Virus record (IMG/VR): IMGVR_UViG_3300021197_001961
Span: 1 to 59,055 of that record
Reading direction: 5' to 3' (one strand)
Length of the DNA: 59,055 nucleotides
Source: a virus
Lineage: Duplodnaviria; Caudoviricetes
Both the position numbers and the translations under genes were made by a program. The notes beneath the pieces are model-generated. The model saw nothing but the letters and a program-made list of their open reading frames with translations, did no database searches and was not told where the DNA came from. This document shows, piece after piece, positions 36,533-45,874 of this stretch (the stretch's first letter is position 1; each line of letters begins with the position of its first letter).

Positions 36533-37504
36533 TTAAATTTCAGACTTTACTTTTTCTAAATCTTCTTCATACATCATTCTCGCTAAGCCTTCAAAGTTAA
36601 TTTTTGGAGACCAATCGAGTTTTTGTTTTGCTTTAGTTGAACTACCGAGCAGCAAAGGAACCTCGTGGGGTCTAAACAATCTGCTGTCGATTCTCACATA
36701 ATCCCTAACATCTAGGTCAGCGATTTTAAAAACTAAATTAAGAAACTCCCTGACTGTGTGGGTTTCTCCGGTCGCAATAACATAGTCATCTGGGTTATCC
36801 TGTTGCAACATAAGCCACATAGCCTCAACGTAGTCACCAGCAAAACCCCAGTCACGCTTAGCTTCAAGGTTTCCTAGGTAAAGCTTTTCTTGCAGCCCCA
36901 ATTTTATCCGGGCGGCTGCTAGGGTAATCTTTCTGGTAACAAAGGTCTCACCTCGGCGGGGAGACTCGTGATTAAACAAAATGCCAGAAGAGGCGTGTAG
37001 ATTATAAGATTCACGATAGTTTCTCACAAGGTTGTGCGCGAAAGTCTTTGCGCAGGCATACGGAGATGCTGGCATTAAACGAGTATTTTCATCTTGAGGG
37101 TAGTTTGGATTGTCTCCGAACATTTCTGATGATGATGCTTGGTAGAACCTTGCGTTTGGGGTGACATGGCGAGCAGCCTCTAAAAGCCTCAAAGTTCCCA
37201 TAGCAATTCCGTCAACTGTGGATTCGCCTACCTCAAAAGATACCCTAACGTGAGATTGAGCTGCAAGATTATAAATTTCGTCGGGCTTGTATTCCTGCAG
37301 AAGCCGCCACATACAGCCTGCATCATTTAGTTCAAAATATCTTAATTCAAAGTTCTCATGATCGTAGAATCCATTAATCCTATCTGTGCAGATTAAAGAA
37401 GTTCTCCTCTTTAGACCAATGACCTTGTAGCCCTTATTTAGCAAAAGCTCTGCTAAATACGATCCGTCTTGACCTGTAACTCCAGTTATAAACGCAGTTT
37501 TCAT
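36533..37504 (-). CDS. gmd: GDP-mannose 4,6-dehydratase
   Basis: [65 protein letters not shown] overlap at 37504. Confidence 0.96.
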   Translation of the reverse strand: MKTAFITGVTGQDGSYLAELLLNKGYKVIGLKRRTSLICTDRINGFYDHENFELRYFELNDAGCMWRLLQEYKPDEIYNLAAQSHVRVSFEVGESTVDGIAMGTLRLLEAARHVTPNARFYQASSSEMFGDNPNYPQDENTRLMPASPYACAKTFAHNLVRNYRESYNLHASSGILFNHESPRRGETFVTRKITLAAARIKLGLQEKLYLGNLEAKRDWGFAGDYVEAMWLMLQQDNPDDYVIATGETHTVREFLNLVFKIADLDVRDYVRIDSRLFRPHEVPLLLGSSTKAKQKLDWSPKINFEGLARMMYEEDLEKVKSEI

Positions 37505-38400
37505 TTGTTCTCCAAGTACCAATTATACGTCTTTTTGATGCCATCTTTAAATTTTGTAAAGTTATATTTTCCAGTCATTTCAATAAGAGCTTTATTGCTA
37601 CCATCTTTTCGATGCTGACCTTCGTAGGATCCGTTAAAAAAGAATTTAACGTCCTTGTTTAAAGATTCTCTAGCAGCATAAGCCATCTCTTTAATTGATA
37701 AATTCTCGTTATTTGCCACAATTAAAGGTATCTCTGTATTGTGCCTTTCCAACAATACCGGAATCAATTCACACAAGTCATCAATGTACAACTGTTGGCG
37801 TAAAGGTGCTCCAGAGCCCCACAGCTCAATTGTGTTTCCGTCATCTGCTTCCGAGATCTTTCGGATTAAAGACGCTACAAAATGAGATGATTCTGGGTCA
37901 TAGTTGTCAGATGGACCATATAAATTAGAAGGACAAAAACTAGAATAATTCAACCCATACTGTTCCCTATATGCAACTGTTTGAGCATGCAAGGCTCTCT
38001 TTGTTATACCATAAGAAAAATTTGTTCTAGCGGGGGGACCGTTGAACAATTCGCTTTCACTAAACGGATACTGACTAACCTGATCTGGGAATGCACAAGT
38101 GCTTAGAGAGCTAAGCACCCTTGGGACGCCTAAGATTGAACTTATATGAATTACATTTGTATTCATCATCGTATTTTGAAAAAAATACTCTGCTTGATTA
38201 TTGGCATTATCTTTAATACCCCCAACCCTAGCAGCCAAGTGAATGATCGCGGAAGGCTTGTGAGAAGAAAAGAACTCTAGAGACTCCTTGAAATCAAGCA
38301 AATTGCAGTCTCTTGAGGAAAGGTATAGCCAATTTGGCTTCACCTTCTTAAGCCTAGTTCCTAGAAAGCCTGTGCCTCCTGTGACTAATACCTCAGCCAT
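37501..38400 (-). CDS. fcl: GDP-L-fucose synthase (GDP-4-keto-6-deoxymannose epimerase/reductase)
   Basis: [57 protein letters not shown]. Adjacent to gmd. Confidence 0.88.
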   Translation of the reverse strand: MAEVLVTGGTGFLGTRLKKVKPNWLYLSSRDCNLLDFKESLEFFSSHKPSAIIHLAARVGGIKDNANNQAEYFFQNTMMNTNVIHISSILGVPRVLSSLSTCAFPDQVSQYPFSESELFNGPPARTNFSYGITKRALHAQTVAYREQYGLNYSSFCPSNLYGPSDNYDPESSHFVASLIRKISEADDGNTIELWGSGAPLRQQLYIDDLCELIPVLLERHNTEIPLIVANNENLSIKEMAYAARESLNKDVKFFFNGSYEGQHRKDGSNKALIEMTGKYNFTKFKDGIKKTYNWYLENK

Positions 38401-38983
38401 CTGCACCCTTTCGAAGGGGAGAACCACTCATTCTTCTCTTCTCTTGGTCGATTGAAGGGCAGTGATTTCCCGTGCGGTGAATTAGGTCATAAAACAACAT
38501 CATACAAGCTACCTCAACTGTGTGGAAATAATCGCAGTTAAGAGACACCTCATCAACCGAATCCCTTAGAACCCTAGAGTGTTGACCACTTATCATAAAG
38601 GTACTCCAGCCCCTATCTTGTGCCCAGTGAAGTGCGTCGATGACATTCCCAGAGTTTCCCGAGCAAGACATTCCAACAACCAAGCATTCATCTGGGTTTT
38701 CAAAATTTGCCATTGTTTCAAGCCAGCGAACAAAGATCATACCATAACCATGGTCGTTGGCATTGGAAGTTATAAATCCAACACTATCAAATGAATGCAC
38801 AGCCTTGTCGGGTATCAATCTAGATAAGTCTGTTGCCATATGGCTAGATACATAATGCAAACCACCATTTCCAATTAGAAAGATCCTCTTTGCATTTCTT
38901 ACCTTTTCGCAAAGTCGTTCATACTCCTCTGTCGCGACGGCTGTATTGCATTTTTCCTCTATATTTTCAAAATCAATTAACAT
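38393..38983 (-). CDS. SIS-domain sugar-phosphate isomerase, GmhA-like (divergent), 196 aa
   Basis: IFLIGNGG..SSHMATDL, TSNANDHGY..IF, GMSCSGNSGNV. The C-terminal GmhA QExH motif is altered (TVEVACMMLFY). Confidence 0.8.
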   Translation of the reverse strand: MLIDFENIEEKCNTAVATEEYERLCEKVRNAKRIFLIGNGGLHYVSSHMATDLSRLIPDKAVHSFDSVGFITSNANDHGYGMIFVRWLETMANFENPDECLVVGMSCSGNSGNVIDALHWAQDRGWSTFMISGQHSRVLRDSVDEVSLNCDYFHTVEVACMMLFYDLIHRTGNHCPSIDQEKRRMSGSPLRKGADG

Positions 38984-38987
38984 CGGC

Positions 38988-40157
38988 TTACCTCTTTCTG
39001 ATTGATTGCTTTATTATTTCAACGGCATTGCACAATTCACTATGTGTTAGAGCTAGATTGGGTCTTAGCCTCACGGCTGTAGATCCAGCTACATTGCATA
39101 TAAGACCGTTCCTTTTCATCTCCTGCAGAGTGTTGTCTCTAGCTGATGCAGATGGCAAATCAAAGCCAACGATCAATCCCTTATTTCTTAAGTTGTGTAT
39201 GTTTTTAATTTTTGACAACTCACTAATAAGCTCATTTGCCATATTGTTTACATTTTCTAGTATATCATATTTTTTGTATGCTTTTATTATGTATTTACAC
39301 CTAATCATATCCAAGACATCAGCATCCCAAGTAACTTCAAGCTTGGTTCGCCTTTCTTTAGAGAAGATCTCTCCAAACTTCTCCTTGACCATAATTCCTG
39401 ATAGTTGGGTCTTCTTTCCGAATACAACTAAATCTGGCTGCAACCCTAGATGTTCAAAATGCCACAATTTTCCTGTTCCGCCAAAGCCAATTTGTATCTC
39501 GTCATGTATTACTGGAATGTTATGAAGATTTGCTGTCTCCTGAAGGTCTCGAAAGAATTCAACTTTATGGTGTATATCGCCAGAACTACATTGTATAGGT
39601 TCCACCAAAATACAGGTGATATTATTGTCGCGGACAGCCTCAAGAACCTGTTGTAAATTCATATCTATTTTAATAGAAAAAGGTTGTGGCAGGTTTTCTA
39701 GCTTCTTGCTTGCAGGATAAAATTTAGACGTAGTGAATCCACCATATCCGTTAACTCCGTGAAAGCTGTTGTTAAACGATAGAACCTTTATGTTTTGATG
39801 CCCTTTGTGCTCAGCGCAGGTCTTAATAGCCGCCTCAACTGCCAGAGCCCCCGTGCAAGAGTAGTGAAAAAACTTATAAATTCCCTTTCCGGCGTATTTT
39901 TTAAAAAGATCGTCAAACTCCAATGTTTCGTCTGAAACGAATTCACAATTATTTATTTTGAAACTACTCGCTCTTAAGATCTCATCACGAAATTCTTGTG
40001 TCTTAAAGATACCATGATTATACCCGAGGGGTAGAGAGGCGTACATACCAAAGAAATCCAAATACTCTCTATCTGTGTTTTTATCATAAAGGTATGAGTC
40101 GTGGCTCTTCTCAAAATCAACACATATGTTAAACCTGCTGTTGTTGGCGATTCCCAT
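38988..40157 (-). CDS. Class III PLP aminotransferase, L-lysine 6-transaminase-like, 389 aa
   Basis: EYLDFFGMYASLPLGYNH, GALAVEAAIK, SFHG, VEPIQ, HDEIQIGFGGTG, PDLVVFGKKTQ (PLP lysine), RLRPNL. Confidence 0.85.
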   Translation of the reverse strand: MGIANNSRFNICVDFEKSHDSYLYDKNTDREYLDFFGMYASLPLGYNHGIFKTQEFRDEILRASSFKINNCEFVSDETLEFDDLFKKYAGKGIYKFFHYSCTGALAVEAAIKTCAEHKGHQNIKVLSFNNSFHGVNGYGGFTTSKFYPASKKLENLPQPFSIKIDMNLQQVLEAVRDNNITCILVEPIQCSSGDIHHKVEFFRDLQETANLHNIPVIHDEIQIGFGGTGKLWHFEHLGLQPDLVVFGKKTQLSGIMVKEKFGEIFSKERRTKLEVTWDADVLDMIRCKYIIKAYKKYDILENVNNMANELISELSKIKNIHNLRNKGLIVGFDLPSASARDNTLQEMKRNGLICNVAGSTAVRLRPNLALTHSELCNAVEIIKQSIRKR

Positions 40158-41200
40158 TATTTCTCCATATATTCTTTGATAAAGTTCTTTATCATGTCCA
40201 GATCATCAATTCTAGTAACTCTCATATCTCCCGCCCCATAAGGAAGAATACAAACCAGTGAATCATCAATGTTTTTCTTATCCCTAGCTAGCAGGGCAAA
40301 ATATCCCTGGAGCAAGTCTTGGGGCAGGCGGTATGTTGGCAGATTATGTTTCAAAGACTGGTGCAGTGTATCAAACACCTGTTTATCAATAAGCCCCATC
40401 CTTAATGAAATATAGTTTGCTAAGTCCATACCCAATGTTACTGCAATACCATGACTAATCTCATATTTGGTTATCGCTTCGATGGCGTGACCAAAGGTAT
40501 GCCCATAATTAAAAATTCGTCGCTCGTCTTTATCAAATTCATCTCTCTGTATCATATGCCTCTTTATTTCAAGGCTTTCAAGAATAAATTTTTCTAACCT
40601 AACATCTGGCTCCATTAAGATTTTTTTATATGAGTTGTTTAGTTCCTGCACTATATCACTGTCATCGATAAGAAAGTAATGCAACATCTCTCCAATGCCT
40701 GATTTGATATCGTCCTTACTTAAGGTGCTTAAAAAATCTGTGCAACAGTGAATCTCCCTGGGTGGGTGGAACGTTCCTAATAAATTCTTTGTTCCCTGAA
40801 AATTTATAGAGGTTTTGCTTCCTATACAACTATCCGCTTGGGCTAGAAGGGTTGTTGGCAAGAAAGTCCAATCTACACCCCGATAAAGCACAGAGGCGGT
40901 GAAAGCTGTAATATCTTGAACTATACCGCCGCCTACGGCGACTAGCCTATGGTTTCTTTTAAAACCCTTCTCTACTAGCAGGTTAACCAATCCGCTACAT
41001 GTCTTCAGCGTTTTAGCCTCTTCAGAAGCCATTACAACGAAAGTATTATCACTAGAAAACATCCTGCCAAAGATGGGATACAACCTATAGACATTCGAGT
41101 CAATCACCAAAAAAGATTTACTAGCCAAGCTTCCTACGAGCTTCTCGGTTAGATCAGAGAATTGAAATGTGTATTCCCCTCTATAAGAATGTATCTTCAT
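40157..41200 (-). CDS. 3-dehydroquinate synthase-family (AroB-related) sugar-phosphate cyclase, 347 aa
   Basis: VGGGIVQDI, RGVDW..PTTLLAQADSCIGSKTSIN..KNLLGTF, RRIFNYGHTFGHAIEA, SHGIAV. No other shikimate genes are present. Confidence 0.88.
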   Translation of the reverse strand: MKIHSYRGEYTFQFSDLTEKLVGSLASKSFLVIDSNVYRLYPIFGRMFSSDNTFVVMASEEAKTLKTCSGLVNLLVEKGFKRNHRLVAVGGGIVQDITAFTASVLYRGVDWTFLPTTLLAQADSCIGSKTSINFQGTKNLLGTFHPPREIHCCTDFLSTLSKDDIKSGIGEMLHYFLIDDSDIVQELNNSYKKILMEPDVRLEKFILESLEIKRHMIQRDEFDKDERRIFNYGHTFGHAIEAITKYEISHGIAVTLGMDLANYISLRMGLIDKQVFDTLHQSLKHNLPTYRLPQDLLQGYFALLARDKKNIDDSLVCILPYGAGDMRVTRIDDLDMIKNFIKEYMEK

Positions 41201-41201
41201 A

Positions 41202-41924
41202 TTATATGCTTACGAAACCTCCGTCGACTACTATATTTTGCCCTGATATATAGGAATTGTGCTCACTTGCTAGAAACAGAATGACTTTAGAAATTTCTTC
41301 TGGTTCTGCCATTCTTTTAGCTGGAATCTTGTGGGTCAGCTCTTGTATCTTTTCGGTTGTTAGAATCTTCTTTGTTAAATCTGTTAGAGTAAACCCCGGA
41401 GACACTGTGTTGATCAGTACGTTGTATTCTGCCAGCTCTGCTGCTGCTGCCAAGGACATTCCACGTAAACCAAACTTGCTAGATGAATAGCTGGCGCGCT
41501 GGGGTGTGCTTATGGTGCCCCAAATGGAAGAGACGTTGATTACCCTACCATACATCTTAGCTATCATAGATTTGCTTACCGCTTGCTGGATAAGGAACGG
41601 CACAGTTAGGTTTACTCTTATTATGTCTTCCCAGTCGCCTATGTCAATCTCGCAGAAGGGATCTATTTTATTGATCCCGGCGTTGTTTACACAAATATCA
41701 AATTGTTGTGTCTTCAGATATTTAATAAACTTATCAGTTGCATCCTGATTGAGAAAATTAACAGCTATAAATTCTATATTCTTGTGAAGATGGGCGGGCG
41801 ACGAGGACGTCCCCGTTATAACGACCTCTGCACCAAGATTAGCCATGTCGTTAGCTACCTGATAGCCAATGCCGCGGGTGCCACCTGTTACCAAAACCCG
41901 CTTGTTTTTAAAATCAACTTTCAC
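41202..41924 (-). CDS. Classical SDR oxidoreductase (FabG-like), 240 aa
   Basis: VTGGTRGIG, VNNAGI, SS..YSSSK, VSPGF, GQNIVVDGG. GTG start. Confidence 0.9.
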   Translation of the reverse strand: MKVDFKNKRVLVTGGTRGIGYQVANDMANLGAEVVITGTSSSPAHLHKNIEFIAVNFLNQDATDKFIKYLKTQQFDICVNNAGINKIDPFCEIDIGDWEDIIRVNLTVPFLIQQAVSKSMIAKMYGRVINVSSIWGTISTPQRASYSSSKFGLRGMSLAAAAELAEYNVLINTVSPGFTLTDLTKKILTTEKIQELTHKIPAKRMAEPEEISKVILFLASEHNSYISGQNIVVDGGFVSI

Positions 41925-41927
41925 ACC

Positions 41928-43064
41928 TTATTCCTTATAGATGTGTGGAACGTCTTCTCTGCTGACAGCCAATCTAATAGCTGGCTTGTCGCCAACAGCT
42001 GTAATATGATGCATCTTTCCTTTTGGTATAAAGACAATATCATCTTTGCCCACGATGACTTTCTTGCCTTCGATATCCCATTCCCACTGCCCATCAACGA
42101 TATACCACCACTCATTCCAGTTTGGGTGATAGTGGTTCCTATTGCCTTCGCCGGGTTGCTGGTGTATCAGCGTTGCGCTATTGTTTTCGGTATTAACAAC
42201 TCTCTTTGACCAAGAAGCTTTAGGGTCAAAGCTAGAGATAATATTGTTGACGTTCACGGGGGTTTCACTATTGGCGGAGGCGAGGTCATTGACCAACACA
42301 CCATCCATCTTCAGAATGCTGGGAACATCTACCTCGACGCGCTCGGCTGTATCTTCATAATACCTAATATCAAATTTTTCTTTTGTGCTCAAATGCCGCG
42401 CGACGACCTCTGCTAGTTGAAAATCTTCCTCATTATCAATATCTATATTAGAGTATCCAGATAAAGTATAGAATCCAATGTTTCCGTCTCCTCCATGATA
42501 GCCGCTGTTGTATTTAGCCATGTTGTCTTTATAGTTTTGGCTTGACCAAGCCATCAGACCGCAGGCATATGCGTTAACTGGCGTGAGTAGCTGAGATGGT
42601 GGTGATTGCCTCTTTTGATCGAAATTTATTGGCTCAGTGCCGTATATGCATTCTATCTTATTTTCGTTAACGGATATAAGCGTATCATATCCACCCTGCA
42701 TAAAATGATCGGTAAAGCCTCTTATTTCCTCCGGTGTGATAAACGGGGACGTTGCCAGCACTTGAACAAGGTTATCACACCCGGTGCTCTCAACAAAGTC
42801 CAGTGTAAAATCATCGTTTGTTGCGTCATCTGTGGTAAGGTGCTCAGATCTTTTGTAGAACTTCACACCCTCTTTGATAGCAAGTTCACCGATAATATCT
42901 GATTCTGAGTTAACATAGATCTCATCAAAACAGTCAGCGCTTTTGGCTGCTCTTATGATATAACTTATCAGCGGAACGTTGTTTAATAATCTTATGTTTT
43001 TTCTTGGTATGCGCTTGCTTCCCAGACGAGCTGGGATCATTGCGACTACTTTTTGCTTTTTCAC
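41928..43064 (-). CDS. Acylneuraminate (NeuA/KdsB-family) cytidylyltransferase fused to a C-terminal cupin, 378 aa
   Basis: IPARLGSKRIPRKNIRLL, ATSPF and IDIDNEEDFQLAE define the CMP-ulosonate synthetase domain. HYHPNWNEWWYIVDG...FIPKGKMHHI is an intact cupin metal motif. Confidence 0.88.
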   Translation of the reverse strand: MKKQKVVAMIPARLGSKRIPRKNIRLLNNVPLISYIIRAAKSADCFDEIYVNSESDIIGELAIKEGVKFYKRSEHLTTDDATNDDFTLDFVESTGCDNLVQVLATSPFITPEEIRGFTDHFMQGGYDTLISVNENKIECIYGTEPINFDQKRQSPPSQLLTPVNAYACGLMAWSSQNYKDNMAKYNSGYHGGDGNIGFYTLSGYSNIDIDNEEDFQLAEVVARHLSTKEKFDIRYYEDTAERVEVDVPSILKMDGVLVNDLASANSETPVNVNNIISSFDPKASWSKRVVNTENNSATLIHQQPGEGNRNHYHPNWNEWWYIVDGQWEWDIEGKKVIVGKDDIVFIPKGKMHHITAVGDKPAIRLAVSREDVPHIYKE

Positions 43065-44113
43065 TTTTTAGTCTCTTCAACCCATTTTACAGAATCTTGA
43101 AAATTTTCAATCAGGTAATCGTCAAGCGTCAGCTTTCTTAAATAATGATACTTGATCATTCTATGAAAATAATCAATCTGAGGCTCTTGTTGGTGGATGT
43201 CCATTCTCAAAGAGTCGGGGGTTGGTTGCCTATCCTCTGTTGTTGAGAAACCATTCTGCTTCAGTGCCTCATCATGATATTTATTATAATATACTTTTCC
43301 GAAAGTGTTCATGTTAAAAAAGGACATTCCGGTTACGTAAACCTCTTCAATATCATAATTTAAGAGGGTCATTACTCCTGTTAGTCCCGTGTTAACAACA
43401 GTGCCCACCTCGTTAAACAGTTTTAACACCCACCCATCACAAGCATTGTGCCAAGGTCTTCCCGTGCTTTCTAAAAAATCATCAACGCGACCAATATCCC
43501 ACATGGAGACTTGAGGGCAAACAATATACTGAAGAGCTTCCAAGAAACTTATTTCGTATGGAGGTTCCCTCACATCTCTAGTTTCCTCAAGGGCTTTGAG
43601 TTTGTTTATATTTAAACAGCTCATCAAAATATCTGTTCTTCTACCATAATCCTCCCAATCCTCCTCGCTCATATGATAATTTTGGTTAACTCTGACCACT
43701 AGATCATATGAGTCTATTTTTTTACCCATTTTCTTGCCACGAAGGTGTGGTGATGGGCACACATAGGCTATCCTCTTTCCCTTTACCAATTCAGCGAGTT
43801 GCTCATCGTAATTGTAATCTGTGTAGTTACTAACAAGGGTTCTGTCCGCAGCCATCCTAGTGCCAGAAAATTGCCTTAGTTGCGCAAAAGATTGCTCTGG
43901 TGGAGGGGAGGATGACCTCCACCTTGGCGTGTTTGCTTGAATTGGGATTCCAAAAATGTCAGGCTTCGTATCCAAGTACCAATTTGCCATATACCTATAA
44001 TCTTTCTCTCGTTTATATTCTGTTTTATTATTTTTTAAAAAATTTGCAGCCAAATTGTTAAAGTTATCATATTCATAGTCCTGTTTGGACGTCATCATTC
44101 CCGGCTTTTTCAC
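43061..44113 (-). CDS. GT29-like (sialylmotif-containing) glycosyltransferase, 350 aa
   Basis: KRIAYVCPSPHLRGKKMGKKIDSYDLVVRVN...EDYGRRTD resembles sialylmotif L. NTGLTGVMTLLNYDIEEVYVTGMSFF resembles motif S. YY..Y and IHQQEPQ resemble motifs III/VS. Overlaps the cytidylyltransferase gene. Confidence 0.7.
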   Translation of the reverse strand: MKKPGMMTSKQDYEYDNFNNLAANFLKNNKTEYKREKDYRYMANWYLDTKPDIFGIPIQANTPRWRSSSPPPEQSFAQLRQFSGTRMAADRTLVSNYTDYNYDEQLAELVKGKRIAYVCPSPHLRGKKMGKKIDSYDLVVRVNQNYHMSEEDWEDYGRRTDILMSCLNINKLKALEETRDVREPPYEISFLEALQYIVCPQVSMWDIGRVDDFLESTGRPWHNACDGWVLKLFNEVGTVVNTGLTGVMTLLNYDIEEVYVTGMSFFNMNTFGKVYYNKYHDEALKQNGFSTTEDRQPTPDSLRMDIHQQEPQIDYFHRMIKYHYLRKLTLDDYLIENFQDSVKWVEETKK

Positions 44114-44127
44114 CTTTGAGTCCCAGT

Positions 44128-45846
44128 TTATTGAATCAGTGGCAACGTTACTTTACTTTCGTATTTTATGTCGCCCTCATCGGCGTCAGCATCATATGAT
44201 ATTGAATTAATTCTCTCTTCATATTGCTTAAGCTTGATGTTATCCGCCTTCACTTGATTATCATATGCTTCCATAAATCTCTTTTTTTCTTTGATATTAA
44301 AAAATTCGGCATATTGCTTAAACAACGCTTTAATAATAAATTTTTCAGTTGTCTTCGAGATCTGAGGGAGCATGTTTTTTGGCTCCTTTTGCAGAGCATT
44401 CTGCACAATCTTAGACACTAGTCCAGTGGAGTTTATAGCTTCTCCCATTATCTCAAGGAATCCGCTCAAGTGGTGAAGATCTGAATATCGTAAGATTTCT
44501 GGCATCAGCTTTCTCTGAGCAAGGAAACCGTCCGGAGTAAAGAACTTAGTCAGTGAAATACTTTGCCTAATTTCCTCTTTCCACTCAAATAATTGATCAT
44601 ACGAGTGGGCGCCTCCATTTTCAGTTGTATAATATGGCACTCCCTTGTCTGTAAGCCAGTAATCATCATCGATCTTACCAGTTGCCTTAGCCATCGTATA
44701 CATTTCAGTACCAGGATAAATCATTGCCAAGCCCATTTCATCATAAAAGATATAGTGAAGCTTCTGTAGTTCCTGAACAAAGTCTATTGTTTCTTTAATC
44801 GTCTCCTGCGTTTCGCCAGGAAGACCAGAGATTAGGAAGGCTGTTGCTTTGATTTTAGTTTTGGCGATCAACGAGAGGGCATAGCGAGCGTGCTCTTTTG
44901 TGATACCCTTCTTCATACCCTTCTGAACTGCATCAGCACCACTCTCCAAGCCAAACAAAACGTGAACAAACCCAGCTTGCTCCATTTTATTGACAACCTC
45001 TGGGGATATTGGTCTAAATCTAGCGCTAGCAACAAACTTTGTTTTAATCCCTCGCTCTATGATCGCATCACAAAATTCAATAGTTCTCTTCTTGTTGATC
45101 ATAAACGCATCATCGTGAATCCATATGGTATCTACAGTTGGACACTGCTCTAGCAATTGTTCAACCTCATCGGCAATATTCTCTCCTGATCGAAATCGCA
45201 CTTTGCGACGTGACATCGCATCGAGAACACAAAAATTACACTTATAGGGGCAGCCGCGACTTGTTAAAAGGTTCGCCATAGTTTTTCCCTCATACAGAAA
45301 TATATCGTGACGAGGAAATGGTAGCATATCCAAATCTTTAATCAAAGGGCGTCCTCCGGTAAATTTAACCTTGTTATCCTTCCAATAGGCAAGACCCAGA
45401 ACGTCTTCGTGAGATTCTCCAGATTCAAAGCAGCTAATCAATTCATTAAAGGTAACCTCCCCTTCGCCTTGAACCACAATGACGTAAGGGTATTTTTCCA
45501 CAAACTGCTTCCACATAACAGTAACGTGCATTCCGCCGGTTACAATCTTGATATTCGGATATGTTTCGTGAACATATTCAATAATTCTATATGCACTCAC
45601 ACGAGAGTGAGTCATTAAAGACACCCCAAGCACGTCAGGTTGAAATCTTTCGAGACTTTCTTTAATTTCTGAAAAGCATTGCTCGTAGGGCACGTTATTC
45701 AAATATAAGTTTTCGAATTCGTGCTGCGGGCTCTGTTGCTCAACATAGGATTGTAGATAAGCCAGTCCTAGTGGATAGTGACTATCGTGGTTGTCCTCGC
45801 TTCGGTGAGCATCTTCAATGGTTGTGCAGCAAAGTAAAATCTTCAT
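44128..45846 (-). CDS. Cobalamin-binding radical SAM enzyme (class B methyltransferase-like), 572 aa
   Basis: N-terminal B12 domain (YPLGLAYL, PDVLGVS, VTGGMHVT, QGEGE), then TSRGCPYKCNFC (CxxxCxxC), FGLESG, GLPGET, YPGT. Confidence 0.92.
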   Translation of the reverse strand: MKILLCCTTIEDAHRSEDNHDSHYPLGLAYLQSYVEQQSPQHEFENLYLNNVPYEQCFSEIKESLERFQPDVLGVSLMTHSRVSAYRIIEYVHETYPNIKIVTGGMHVTVMWKQFVEKYPYVIVVQGEGEVTFNELISCFESGESHEDVLGLAYWKDNKVKFTGGRPLIKDLDMLPFPRHDIFLYEGKTMANLLTSRGCPYKCNFCVLDAMSRRKVRFRSGENIADEVEQLLEQCPTVDTIWIHDDAFMINKKRTIEFCDAIIERGIKTKFVASARFRPISPEVVNKMEQAGFVHVLFGLESGADAVQKGMKKGITKEHARYALSLIAKTKIKATAFLISGLPGETQETIKETIDFVQELQKLHYIFYDEMGLAMIYPGTEMYTMAKATGKIDDDYWLTDKGVPYYTTENGGAHSYDQLFEWKEEIRQSISLTKFFTPDGFLAQRKLMPEILRYSDLHHLSGFLEIMGEAINSTGLVSKIVQNALQKEPKNMLPQISKTTEKFIIKALFKQYAEFFNIKEKKRFMEAYDNQVKADNIKLKQYEERINSISYDADADEGDIKYESKVTLPLIQ

Positions 45847-45867
45847 TTCTCTTGTTCTCCTAAAAGG

Positions 45868-45874
45868 TAAATAG
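45868..45874 (-). promoter_or_regulatory. Possible late promoter motif CTATTTA inside the glycan island
   Basis: 7/8 match to the structural-gene motif, in the largest gap (31 bp) of the island, upstream of SD AGGAG of the radical SAM gene. Confidence 0.4.

Noticed and set aside
36522-36537. Perfect 16-bp palindrome TTTAAAAATTTTTAAA at the downstream end of the glycan island
   Set aside because: Only A/T runs, overlaps the gmd stop, and I saw no second copy. Too weak to call an operator, terminator or recombination site.
38890-39525. 211-aa plus-strand ORF, the longest antisense ORF
   Set aside because: Lies antisense to the well-supported aminotransferase and SIS genes, starts at TTG and has no recognisable motif. 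Shadow ORF.
40157-41924. aroB and fabG as shikimate or fatty-acid auxiliary metabolic genes
   Set aside because: No other genes of those pathways, altered AroB motifs and a sugar-cluster context, so gene symbols were withheld.
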